A DNA stretch of 35,154 nucleotides, taken from Thermoplasmatota archaeon (GTDB lineage: Archaea > Thermoplasmatota > Penumbrarchaeia > Penumbrarchaeales > Penumbrarchaeaceae). The position numbers and the translations under genes are program-made. Below the pieces are notes generated by a model, which did no database searches, was not told the DNA's origin, and saw nothing but the letters and a program-made list of their open reading frames with translations. The stretch covers positions 40,984 through 76,137 of the forward strand of contig JARVGK010000013.1 of the NCBI GenBank assembly GCA_029762535.1. The letters run 5' to 3'. Shown in pieces: positions 18,614 to 27,233 of the stretch (within the stretch, counting starts at the first letter, position 1; each line of letters opens with the position of its first letter).

Positions 18614-19627
18614 TCATACGCCCGGGACCAACGGCCCCTTGTACATGGCCCTGTTGAGAACGAAGAACCACAGGAACGGAAGCAGGATGGCGATGAGGAA
18701 TAACACAGGCCCGATGACCGTCCATAACGCGAGAACGCTCAGTGAGTAAGAGGATATCTCATGGACCGAGAAAAATCTCAATAGTCGAGTTCTGGGTATT
18801 TTGACCTTCCTCCTCAAGAAGGCCATCGATTGGGCGAATACCACTAAGGAAAGGGCTACGGTGAAAGGCATCAAATCGTAGTTGTCGCTCTCCCTTGCTG
18901 TCAGAAGAGCGAGGACCAGCAAACTGATGATGAACACAAAGCGCAGGGACATCCCCATGAGGATAAAGGAGTTGGTCAAGCTGTAGATCCCTCTCTTGCA
19001 TCTCACGCCCGAGACGACGGCGAAGTTACTCACCCCTGAGCGCCTGTCATCCTCCGCGTCCTTCATCCCTCCTTCTATCATGTTATTGAACAGGAGATGG
19101 ATCCCCGAGACCAGGGCGATAAGTGACACGATGGGCAGGTAAGAGGGGGGGATCCCTACCGCCGAAGCCCCGGAGAGGATTAGAAGGCCGAACCAGGCGC
19201 CCACGAACGCGTCAGAGAACGGGATGCGTTTTCCCAGCAGGTTGTATGCCGATCCCGCGATCGTGGAGAGGGTTAGAAGGGCCAGGGCGATCGCGATGTT
19301 CCCTGCCCCCATCAGTGTGGCCCCAGTCATGAGAACGAACGATAGGAACAGAGAAGATAGGGATACGGACCAGGCGAGCTTTGGCGAGATGCGGCCGGAG
19401 ACGAGGGGTTTGTGCGACAGGTATCCGGACCTGCTGTCGATATCCCTGTCGATTATCTCGTTAAGCGAGAAACCCCAGGCGTGATGCCCGAGAGCCGAGG
19501 AGAATACGAGAATGACCTGTATAACGTCGGCCCCGCAGACAACGGCCGCAAGGGTCGGCAAGAAAGCGGTGGCCGCACCCGTGTGCAACCTCGAAAGCCT
19601 CAGGATGTCCAGAAGTCTCCCCGCCAT
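18614..19627 (-). CDS. UbiA-family prenyltransferase
   Basis: Asp-rich motifs NEIIDRDID......KPLVSGRIS and MKDAEDDRRSG, with multiple TM helices. ATG 19627 is preferred over GTG 19660. Confidence 0.88.
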   Translation of the reverse strand: MAGRLLDILRLSRLHTGAATAFLPTLAAVVCGADVIQVILVFSSALGHHAWGFSLNEIIDRDIDSRSGYLSHKPLVSGRISPKLAWSVSLSSLFLSFVLMTGATLMGAGNIAIALALLTLSTIAGSAYNLLGKRIPFSDAFVGAWFGLLILSGASAVGIPPSYLPIVSLIALVSGIHLLFNNMIEGGMKDAEDDRRSGVSNFAVVSGVRCKRGIYSLTNSFILMGMSLRFVFIISLLVLALLTARESDNYDLMPFTVALSLVVFAQSMAFLRRKVKIPRTRLLRFFSVHEISSYSLSVLALWTVIGPVLFLIAILLPFLWFFVLNRAMYKGPLVPGV

Positions 19628-19674
19628 GGGCACACTAATGCACTCGGACGGATAAAACACGTTCGGACCCAGGC

Positions 19675-21018
19675 CTACATCTTCTGCCCGATGCGCCGGA
19701 TCATGAACCTTGCTTTGGAATTGTCGGGATCCTTCTTCAGGACCTCTTCGAAGAGGGACATCGCCTTCTTGAGATCGTCCTCTCCGTAGGCCTCCTTGGC
19801 CTTTTCCAGCAGATCCTCGACAGGGATGAGGGAGATGTCCGGCGACTCATCGGTCTTCTCCGCTCCCTTCTCCTCTTGCCCCGGTTCCAATGCCTCCTCT
19901 TCGACCATCACAGGGCCTCCCTCGGCATCGCCATCCTCAACCGTTTCGAGAGCAGGTGTCCCCTGCTGGACGCCCTCAACCTCCGGTTCAGGAACCTCGC
20001 GAGGTTCATCGATGGCCTGTTTGGCCACCTCGGGTTCCTCCTCGGCATCCTCCTCTACTTCAGATGCGATGTCCTCCGGGACCTCTTTCTCAGGCTCCGG
20101 CTCGGGTGCCATCTCCTGTACGGCCCTGGCCGCATCCTTCCTCTCCCGGTCGATCCTCTCGAGGACCTGAATATCATGCTCGATATCGGTCGCCATGTAA
20201 GTATATGGAAGCTTGATGCGGACCTTCTTGATGCTCTCCTTTAGGCCGGTGGGGTCGATCATGTCAAGCCTCTTTTTGAGCTGTTCTATACGACCCACCT
20301 CCTTTGAGAACCTCTCCAGTTCCTCAGTGGGATCCCCTTCCGAGTTCTGGATAAGCACCCTCAATCGATCGACGAAATAACCTTCCTGCTGCCATTTCAG
20401 TAGCTGTCTCTCGACCTCGTCCGCCTCTACCTCGCTCTCATCGCTGAACTCCGAACCGAGCTGGGCCAGGTCATCCATGAGAGAATCAACGTCCATGCCT
20501 TCCAGGTCGGCGACCTGAGGGGATCCTGATTCGTCTTGTCGTTCCTCATCGGAACCTTTGAGCACCTCGGATGCCGCCTTGAGGCCCTTGAGTATCCTGG
20601 AGCGGGGTGTGACCTTCTGGCCTTTACCGCCCTGGTCCGAAACGGCCCTCTCCTTGAGGATTTCGACCCTTCTCAGAACGTCGTCGGCCTTCTGGGTGTT
20701 CTTGATGTCCTTCATTATGCTATCGATCTCGGTGTTGTAACCGTATCCTTCAAGGGAGCGCAGGGCGGTCAGGGCAGAAGAGAGCTTCTTGACGTTGTCC
20801 CTGAACAGCTCTATGCCATTCTTCATGTCGAGCATTGAGCGCCCTTTCAGGGACCTTAGAGGCTCCACATCGAACTCCTGGGCCGAAAACCTATCGATAT
20901 TGATCTCAAGCTCTTTCTTGACGAGTTCCTCCTCGGAGCCTTCCCCGGTCTGGACGGGTATGCCGACGTTCTTCGGCAGCAGGTCCTTCATTCCTTTTCC
21001 GAGGGCCGGTTTAACCAT
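19675..21018 (-). CDS. Hypothetical ParA partner: ParB-like N-terminal peptide, two helical repeats, acidic linker and C-terminal TPR
   Basis: Begins MVKPALGKGMKDLL and overlaps the parA stop by 8 nt. The C-terminal AKEAY...DLKKAMSLFEEVLKKDPDNSKAR is a TPR motif. Confidence 0.8.
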   Translation of the reverse strand: MVKPALGKGMKDLLPKNVGIPVQTGEGSEEELVKKELEINIDRFSAQEFDVEPLRSLKGRSMLDMKNGIELFRDNVKKLSSALTALRSLEGYGYNTEIDSIMKDIKNTQKADDVLRRVEILKERAVSDQGGKGQKVTPRSRILKGLKAASEVLKGSDEERQDESGSPQVADLEGMDVDSLMDDLAQLGSEFSDESEVEADEVERQLLKWQQEGYFVDRLRVLIQNSEGDPTEELERFSKEVGRIEQLKKRLDMIDPTGLKESIKKVRIKLPYTYMATDIEHDIQVLERIDRERKDAARAVQEMAPEPEPEKEVPEDIASEVEEDAEEEPEVAKQAIDEPREVPEPEVEGVQQGTPALETVEDGDAEGGPVMVEEEALEPGQEEKGAEKTDESPDISLIPVEDLLEKAKEAYGEDDLKKAMSLFEEVLKKDPDNSKARFMIRRIGQKM

Positions 21019-21772
21019 GAGCTATCACTTCTCTACCAAGCTCCATGTAGGATTGCGCCCCGGACGATTCCGGGGAATACAATATGATCGGTTTTCCGAA
21101 GGAAGGTGCCTCACCGAGCTTGACGTTACGGGGTATTATCGTGTTGTAGACCTTGTCGCCGAAATAGTTCTTGACCTCGGAGACGACCTGTTTTGACAGG
21201 TTAGTCCGCCTGTCATACATCGTCATTAGTATACCTTCGATCGTGAGTTCGGGGTTGAGGTTCTTCTGGACGAGGAAGATAGTATCCAAAAGCTCCGACA
21301 TCCCCTCGAGAGCGTAGTATTCGCACTGCAGGGGGATCAGGACGGATTCCGCGGCGGTGAGGTTGTTGAGGGTGATGAGCCCCAGCGCCGGCGGGCAATC
21401 GATGAGTATGTAATCGTATTCATCGGAGATCTGGGCCAGGGCGTTCTTCAATATCCTCTCCCTGTCAGCGACGTTCACGAGTTCGACGGAGGCACCGGCC
21501 AAATTGATATTGGAGCCGATCAGGTCCATCTTCTCGAGCTCTGTATGAATGATCGCATCCCTGATATCGCATTGGCCTGTCAGGACCTCGTATATGGTGA
21601 ATTCCAGCTCGTTCTTGTCGAAACCGAGACCGGAGGTTGTGTTGCCCTGGGTGTCGGTATCGATAATAAGGACCCTTTTGCCAAGGAAGGACAGCGATGC
21701 TGAGAGGTTGATCGTGGTGGTGGTCTTGCCGACCCCGCCTTTCTGGTTCACTATAGTGATTATCTTTGCCAT
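21011..21772 (-). CDS. parA: ParA/Soj family ATPase
   Basis: Deviant Walker A NQKGGVGKTTT plus IDTDTQGN, LIDCPP, PLQCEYYALEG, TMYDRRTNL and IPRNVKLGEAPSFG. The start is moved to ATG 21772 because a TATA-like CTATATAT overlaps the listed start at 21826. Confidence 0.96.
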   Translation of the reverse strand: MAKIITIVNQKGGVGKTTTTINLSASLSFLGKRVLIIDTDTQGNTTSGLGFDKNELEFTIYEVLTGQCDIRDAIIHTELEKMDLIGSNINLAGASVELVNVADRERILKNALAQISDEYDYILIDCPPALGLITLNNLTAAESVLIPLQCEYYALEGMSELLDTIFLVQKNLNPELTIEGILMTMYDRRTNLSKQVVSEVKNYFGDKVYNTIIPRNVKLGEAPSFGKPIILYSPESSGAQSYMELGREVIAHG

Positions 21773-21853
21773 TCTTTTCCCCCGACTTTCTTTACGAGTG
21801 ACCTTAATGGTAGAAAAATACCCCATATATAGAGTTTGGGAGATTATTCTCCG

Positions 21854-23389
21854 TCAGGGAGCGTATCCCCTGCATGTGTCCCCCTTCTTTTTTATGAACT
21901 CGGAATATTCCAACTCGTCCTTTGCCCGCCCACCCGGGGTTGGATAATCCCTGTTGAGACATGCCATGCAGATCTGGTCCTTTTCCATCGAAAGAGCTCT
22001 GAGAAGACCTTCGTGGCTCTGGTACAAGAGGCTGTCGGCACCGATCCTCTCCGCGAGTTCCGTGAGGCTCTTCTCATCGAGCTTTCCATACTCCATATTG
22101 TCCATGTACCTCGATGCCACGAGCTCCTCATAGCATCTCAGGTCTATGCCGTAATAGCATGGGGAGATTATCGGGGGGGTCGCGATCCTCACATGTACCT
22201 CTTTCGCTCCACCGAGCCCCTTGAGCTGGTACCTGATCAGTGTGGCCATGGTGGTGGCCCTGACGATAGAGTCGTCCACGACGATGACCTTCTTCCCCTT
22301 GAGGACGGATGGAATGGGAAGGAACTTGCTCATCACCTTCGCGCTGCGGTCCCCTTCCTCGATGAATGTCCTCCCCTTGGCGACGGCGATCAGCCCCTCG
22401 TCGTATATCTCCGGAAGCCCGGCAGCCCTGGCATATGCGTTCGCGAAGGGCCTTGACGTGTTGGGAACAGGGATGATCACCCAGTCCTTCGGGTTCAACT
22501 GCTCGGTCTCGATGTTCGCGAGCTCCTCCCCGCATCTCTTCCTCACATCGTAGACAGGCCTACCTTCGATGTTCGAGGTGACCGATGCGAAATAGAGGTA
22601 CTCGAAGAAGCAAAGCGCCCTCCTTCTCCCGGGAGCATATCTCTCGTATCTGACGCATCCGTCCTCCAGGATCGCCATCTCCCCCGGTCGAATGTGGTGT
22701 ATATCCCCGTTGCCGAAGCGGTAGAGTGCGGTGGTCTCAGAGGCGACGAAGGCCCCTCTATGGGATGAGGTTCCGGATAGTGGACGGAATCCCCACGGGT
22801 CCCTGATCGCCACCAGCCTTCCATCAGCATCCTGGAAGACTATGTTGTAAGCGCCGTCGAAATCCGATGCGAGGTTGGAGAATACCTCCTTGAGATCCCC
22901 GTCCCTGTTCTCTGAAATGTATCTTGATATCCAGTGCATCATGGTCTCTGTATCGGTGTCGAGCATGAGGTGGAAGCCCAGGTCCCCGATCCTCGTGTCC
23001 AGGTCGTTGCGGTTGGTAATATGCCCGTTGAAACCGAAGGAGAACCACTTGTTCTTGATCCCATGCACCCTCTCGAAGGGCTGGACATGCCTAGATGTCA
23101 GCGATCCGGATGTCCCGTACCTGGTGTGCCCTATGCCCTTTGGCCCTTCGAGCCTGTCCGATATGTCCTTGAACTCTCTTTCGTCGGACGCGCGGAATAC
23201 CTCGGGGACCTTGCCGCCACCCTTGTGCGTCCTTATGATAATCTTTCTCGAGGGGTTGTACGTCGATATCCCCGCCCCTGCCTGCCCTCGATGCTGCAGG
23301 TCGTTCAGCATCTGGTAGAGGGGGCCGAAGACGTTTTCCATTGGCATATCCGCCGCGCAAATCCCGCATTTTTCCCGTTTGTCGTTCAA
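21854..23389 (-). CDS. purF: Amidophosphoribosyltransferase (propeptide and Fe-S type)
   Basis: Short propeptide then CGI, followed by LQHRGQ, GHTRYGT, CFFEYLYF, VVDDSIVRATT, PCYYGID and CMAC. Confidence 0.97.
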   Translation of the reverse strand: MNDKREKCGICAADMPMENVFGPLYQMLNDLQHRGQAGAGISTYNPSRKIIIRTHKGGGKVPEVFRASDEREFKDISDRLEGPKGIGHTRYGTSGSLTSRHVQPFERVHGIKNKWFSFGFNGHITNRNDLDTRIGDLGFHLMLDTDTETMMHWISRYISENRDGDLKEVFSNLASDFDGAYNIVFQDADGRLVAIRDPWGFRPLSGTSSHRGAFVASETTALYRFGNGDIHHIRPGEMAILEDGCVRYERYAPGRRRALCFFEYLYFASVTSNIEGRPVYDVRKRCGEELANIETEQLNPKDWVIIPVPNTSRPFANAYARAAGLPEIYDEGLIAVAKGRTFIEEGDRSAKVMSKFLPIPSVLKGKKVIVVDDSIVRATTMATLIRYQLKGLGGAKEVHVRIATPPIISPCYYGIDLRCYEELVASRYMDNMEYGKLDEKSLTELAERIGADSLLYQSHEGLLRALSMEKDQICMACLNRDYPTPGGRAKDELEYSEFIKKKGDTCRGYAP

Positions 23390-23450
23390 CTAATGCCTCC
23401 TCATATCCTATGATAGGTTCGATCCCTGCATGTCCATTCGTCATTCGAGA

Positions 23451-24125
23451 TCATTTCGAAATTCCCGAGCACAGAGAGATCAGGGCCTTCCCTGGATCGC
23501 TTGCCTTGACCACACCGGAAGCGAGAAGGACCCCCACAGTGCCCAGCTCCAGAGCGACCCTGACGTCCTCGCCCGTCTTCACTCCTGCACCGGTGAGCAC
23601 CTTCACTTCCGGGGAGACCCTGGAGATCCCTACGACGGTGCCCTTGACGATCCCGGGGTCCGCGGAGGTGACGGAGATGTCTCCTCCGATGAGCTCGGGC
23701 GGCTCCATCGCGATGTAATCAGGCCCCGTCAAGGCCGCTGCGAGGGAGGTGCTGACGTTATTGGTGCAGACTATGCTGACGAGCCCCGCCTCCCTGCATC
23801 CTCTGACCAGATCCTCAATATCGGCCAGATTCAGCCTCCTTTCGGAATGGTTTATGAGGGTCCCGACAGCTCCGGTGGCCTTGATGCCCGGTATGGTAAC
23901 GCTCCCCGTTCGGGGGTCGCTCCGGCTGATGTCAGCATGCTGGGATAGGACGGGGATCTCGACCTCTGAGGCGATCCGTGATAGCTCTATCGCGGGCGGG
24001 CAGACCGCGATCGTGATGCCGGTCTCCGAGGCCACCCTCTCGCAGATCCTGGCAAGTTCCATTGCCCGTGCCCCCTCGACCTCTCTGTATGTCTTGAAGT
24101 TCAGGATTATGAGCGGTTCATCCAA
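23451..24125 (-). CDS. tpiA: Triosephosphate isomerase, archaeal short type
   Basis: Motifs LNFKTY, QHAD, LINHSE, AMEPPELIG, GAGV and GVLLASG. The TTG start at 24125 follows GGAGG. Confidence 0.97.
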   Translation of the reverse strand: MDEPLIILNFKTYREVEGARAMELARICERVASETGITIAVCPPAIELSRIASEVEIPVLSQHADISRSDPRTGSVTIPGIKATGAVGTLINHSERRLNLADIEDLVRGCREAGLVSIVCTNNVSTSLAAALTGPDYIAMEPPELIGGDISVTSADPGIVKGTVVGISRVSPEVKVLTGAGVKTGEDVRVALELGTVGVLLASGVVKASDPGKALISLCSGISK

Positions 24126-24136
24126 TTCATTCCCTC

Positions 24137-25276
24137 CTATGCATCCTTCTTGGCATCCCTTACGACGGAGGCGGTCCCGGCACATTCGAACGCCTTGAAG
24201 TATAGTAACGCCTCCGCGTAGGCCCATGCCTCGAGCGCCCTCTCGGCATCCTTATCGAGCGCCATGGTCCTATCCAAGAACGGTTTGAACGCGTTCTTGC
24301 AGTTCTTGTGGAACACGACCTCTTCGGGCTTGCCGGGGTTCTTTGGCACATACCTTTCAAGGGTCCATTCCCTCATCTCGTCGAAGAGTTCGGGATCGTA
24401 TATCCTTATCACGTCGAAGAAAATGTTCTGCCAGTGGGTTCCCACGTTGCCCTTGAGTATGTCGCCTTTGGGGAAATGCCTTGCGATGAGGTCCCTTGGC
24501 GTTCCGGTGATCCCGTGCTGGGCTATGGCCACCTCGAGCCCGGCGTCCCGTATAGCTGCTGCAACGGCCTTGGTCTGAGGGATGTCGACCGAGACCTGCG
24601 GTATTATATTTCCATTATCGTCGAGCGTGTTGCCGTGTGCGGACCCGTTGGCTATCGCCAGCAGGTTCGGCTCTATGCCGTTCTTCTCCAAGGCAGTTAG
24701 GAAGGTCACCGCCTCCTCTGGGGAGGTCCTGACCATCCCTTCGCTGTCCTTTTTGCCTATCTCTCCCACCTCTACCTCCAATCCGAAGTCCCGGCATCCG
24801 TAGGTTTCCTCGATGAAACGCGCCATCTCCGTGGTGCACCTGATGTTCTCGGAGAGCTCCTCCTTGAGGTCCCCACCCTTGAAGTTGAAAAGGTGGGAGG
24901 CGTCGATGGCATAGCTGGTGTAACCCGCCTTGATCTGTTCTCCGATCAGTTTCCTTGTAGCCTCGAGCTCCTCCTCCGTTCCGGTCTTGATCGTTATGTG
25001 GTCGGCATGCAGGACATACATGTCCCAGTCGGCCTCCTCCGCCGCCCTCCGAACCTCCGAAGCATAATCCGCCGGGGTCATCCCCGTATAACCTCCCTCG
25101 AGGTTGGATTCCGATCGTGCTATCTCGAATATGATCACGCTGTCAAGGTCCTTCGCGGCGCGCATTATCCCTTTCGCTATACCCTTCGTCATCCTGACGT
25201 TGGCGGCCATCAGAATGGTCTTGTGGCCCAGGAGCGAGCTGTAAACCTTCTCTCCGGATACCGGTTCGTATTCCAT
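24137..25276 (-). CDS. fba: Class II fructose-bisphosphate aldolase
   Basis: Motifs LHADH, IDASH, EVEVGEIG, NGSAHG, QHGITG and KGNVGT. The gene lies between fbp and tpiA. Confidence 0.93.
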   Translation of the reverse strand: MEYEPVSGEKVYSSLLGHKTILMAANVRMTKGIAKGIMRAAKDLDSVIIFEIARSESNLEGGYTGMTPADYASEVRRAAEEADWDMYVLHADHITIKTGTEEELEATRKLIGEQIKAGYTSYAIDASHLFNFKGGDLKEELSENIRCTTEMARFIEETYGCRDFGLEVEVGEIGKKDSEGMVRTSPEEAVTFLTALEKNGIEPNLLAIANGSAHGNTLDDNGNIIPQVSVDIPQTKAVAAAIRDAGLEVAIAQHGITGTPRDLIARHFPKGDILKGNVGTHWQNIFFDVIRIYDPELFDEMREWTLERYVPKNPGKPEEVVFHKNCKNAFKPFLDRTMALDKDAERALEAWAYAEALLYFKAFECAGTASVVRDAKKDA

Positions 25277-25278
25277 GT

Positions 25279-26178
25279 TCAGTCCTCCTTACCGGATGAT
25301 CCCTCTATCATTTCGATCTCCCCTTTACCACCTATGTAGACCGGGGTCCTCTGATGCAGTTTCTCGGGAGTGATATCGAGGATATCCGTCTTTCCATCGC
25401 TCGAGCGTCCGCCGGCGTTCTTCATGATAAAGCCCATGGGGGCGGCCTCGAACAGCAGCCTGAGCTTTCCGTTCGGCCTCCCTTTGGAAGCGGGATATGT
25501 GAATACGCCCCCTTTGTGGATGATCTGATGGACATCGGAAACGAAGGCGCCGCAGAAGCGCAGCTTGTAACCGAGCTCCTCGAGACTCTCGATCCAGCTC
25601 CTGTGATGTGGGAGGTAATCCTTCCTGAGGCCACCGGGTGAGTATATCCTCCCGTCGCCGATCACCAGATTCTCCTTCTGGAGTACGAAATCGCCATCCG
25701 CGTTCATCGCGAACTCATGGGTCCCCGCACCGATGGAGTAGACCAGGATCGTCAGGGGGCCGTATAGGACATAGGCAGCTGCGGATAACTGCCTTCCAGG
25801 GTTCAATGGGGACCGCGATCTGTATATTCCGATGATCGTCCCGACCGTCAGGTCGACCCCCATGAGTGAGGATCCGTCCAGAGGGTCCATGGTGACGCAG
25901 AAGCGGCCCTGGTCGTTGAGCTTGACCAGGTCCTCCTGCTCTTCCGATGCCAGGGAGAAGACCACCCCCGTCGTCTTGAACTCTTCGATGAATACCTTGT
26001 CGGCCCACTTGTCCATCTCGAGCTGCGTCTCTCCATAAACGTTCGTTGTCTCTGTACTTCCCTGTCTGTCGATGAATCCCGATGCGACCTTCTTTGCTCC
26101 GCTGGCCAACGCGGACAGTATAGATCCAAGCTCAGGGTCCATCCCTTTAAGATGGTCCTTCAGAAGCATGTTTACCAT
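25279..26178 (-). CDS. fbp: Class I fructose-1,6-bisphosphatase
   Basis: Motifs NVYGETQ..MD, ASEEQ, DPLDGSS, GTIIGIY, YVLYGP and GKLRLLFEAAP. The start is 26178 or 26169. Confidence 0.96.
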   Translation of the reverse strand: MVNMLLKDHLKGMDPELGSILSALASGAKKVASGFIDRQGSTETTNVYGETQLEMDKWADKVFIEEFKTTGVVFSLASEEQEDLVKLNDQGRFCVTMDPLDGSSLMGVDLTVGTIIGIYRSRSPLNPGRQLSAAAYVLYGPLTILVYSIGAGTHEFAMNADGDFVLQKENLVIGDGRIYSPGGLRKDYLPHHRSWIESLEELGYKLRFCGAFVSDVHQIIHKGGVFTYPASKGRPNGKLRLLFEAAPMGFIMKNAGGRSSDGKTDILDITPEKLHQRTPVYIGGKGEIEMIEGSSGKED

Positions 26179-26263
26179 TCCCTTGAGGATGATAGGTCAT
26201 TGTCATATAACCGATTTTCTAGAGCGAGGTGAATATATACGAAATCACCGGTATGGTGTGTGT

Positions 26264-26908
26264 ATGGAGTTAGAGGTCGATAAAGAGGCCTTGGATATGG
26301 GGATCCGGGTCGCATCCAGGTCATTTCAGGATATCAAGATAAGGGAGAGCCCCCTGCCCGTACTAGATGCTCTTGTCATGGAGTTGAAGGCGGAGCTCAG
26401 AGGCCGCTACCGGGAAGCCGATTCGCTCCTATCCGATCCCGTGTTCCGGGCTTTGAGGGATTTTTACTGGAGGATAGGGATCGATCCCACGAAGACCAGG
26501 CCCGCGTCCGAAGCCATTGTAAGGCGGCTGATGAAGAAGGACATACCCTCCATCAATTCCCTCGTGGATGCTGGCAACCTCGCCTCGGCATGGACGAGGA
26601 TCCCGATAGGGATCTACGATCTGGATAGGATGAAAGGGCGGCCAGTCATTGCCCTGACCAGGGGCGGGGAGGCATTCGATCCCATTGGCAGCCCACGGGC
26701 CGCTCTGGGGTCGGGAACACCAGTGATGATGGACGATAAGGGGGTGGTCCATCTCTATCCATACAGGGACAGCATGAGGACGCGCATCACCCTGTCATGT
26801 CAGAACGCCCTGATCGTATCCTGCGGTGTCAGAGGGATAGGACAGGACCAGCTCGATGAGGCCATCAAGAAGGTGGGAAGGTATTTCAGCGACCTCTCCA
26901 CTGGCTGA
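26264..26908 (+). CDS. Stand-alone B3/4 domain protein (PheRS-beta editing-domain homologue)
   Basis: RDFYWRIGIDPTKTRPASEA..RR, INSLVDAGNLAS, PIGIYDLD and RDS.RT. The start is moved to ATG 26264 because the listed 26072 start overlaps fbp. Confidence 0.9.
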   Translation: MELEVDKEALDMGIRVASRSFQDIKIRESPLPVLDALVMELKAELRGRYREADSLLSDPVFRALRDFYWRIGIDPTKTRPASEAIVRRLMKKDIPSINSLVDAGNLASAWTRIPIGIYDLDRMKGRPVIALTRGGEAFDPIGSPRAALGSGTPVMMDDKGVVHLYPYRDSMRTRITLSCQNALIVSCGVRGIGQDQLDEAIKKVGRYFSDLSTG

Positions 26909-27233
26909 GGGCGAGAATCATCCCAGAGTCTGGTCGATCCCCTCCGAGTTACCTTCTTCCACTTGCTCCCCTCTCCTGGCCTTCTGGAGAAGTATTATAA
27001 TATGGAATATGTATCCTTGATCTGGCGTTATTATAAAAGGGAGGGGGTGTGGCGTCATCCTTTCCAAGGATTGTTATGGGGGGTAGAATCGAGGATATGG
27101 CCGGTAGTAAAAGTGAAGGTGGTAATGATGAATGCAAAGGATGGAACTCATGTCTCATTTCCTCTTAATGATTCTTTACTAGATATAGTACATAAAGCTG
27201 AGGCTCCATCCGAAAGAAGAGGAGAGGGGGTCC

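Noticed and set aside
19675-21018. Annotating the parA neighbour as parB
   Set aside because: Only the N-terminal peptide is ParB-like. No CTPase motif or HTH is visible, and the CACGTG cores I noticed (near 2042 and 17222) lack parS flanks.
1158-26752. Numerous overlapping antisense or alternative-frame ORFs (e.g. 1904-2608, 8838-9476, 15445-15942, 21836-22456)
   Set aside because: They are shadow ORFs of well-supported genes in GC-rich DNA and have no motifs of their own.
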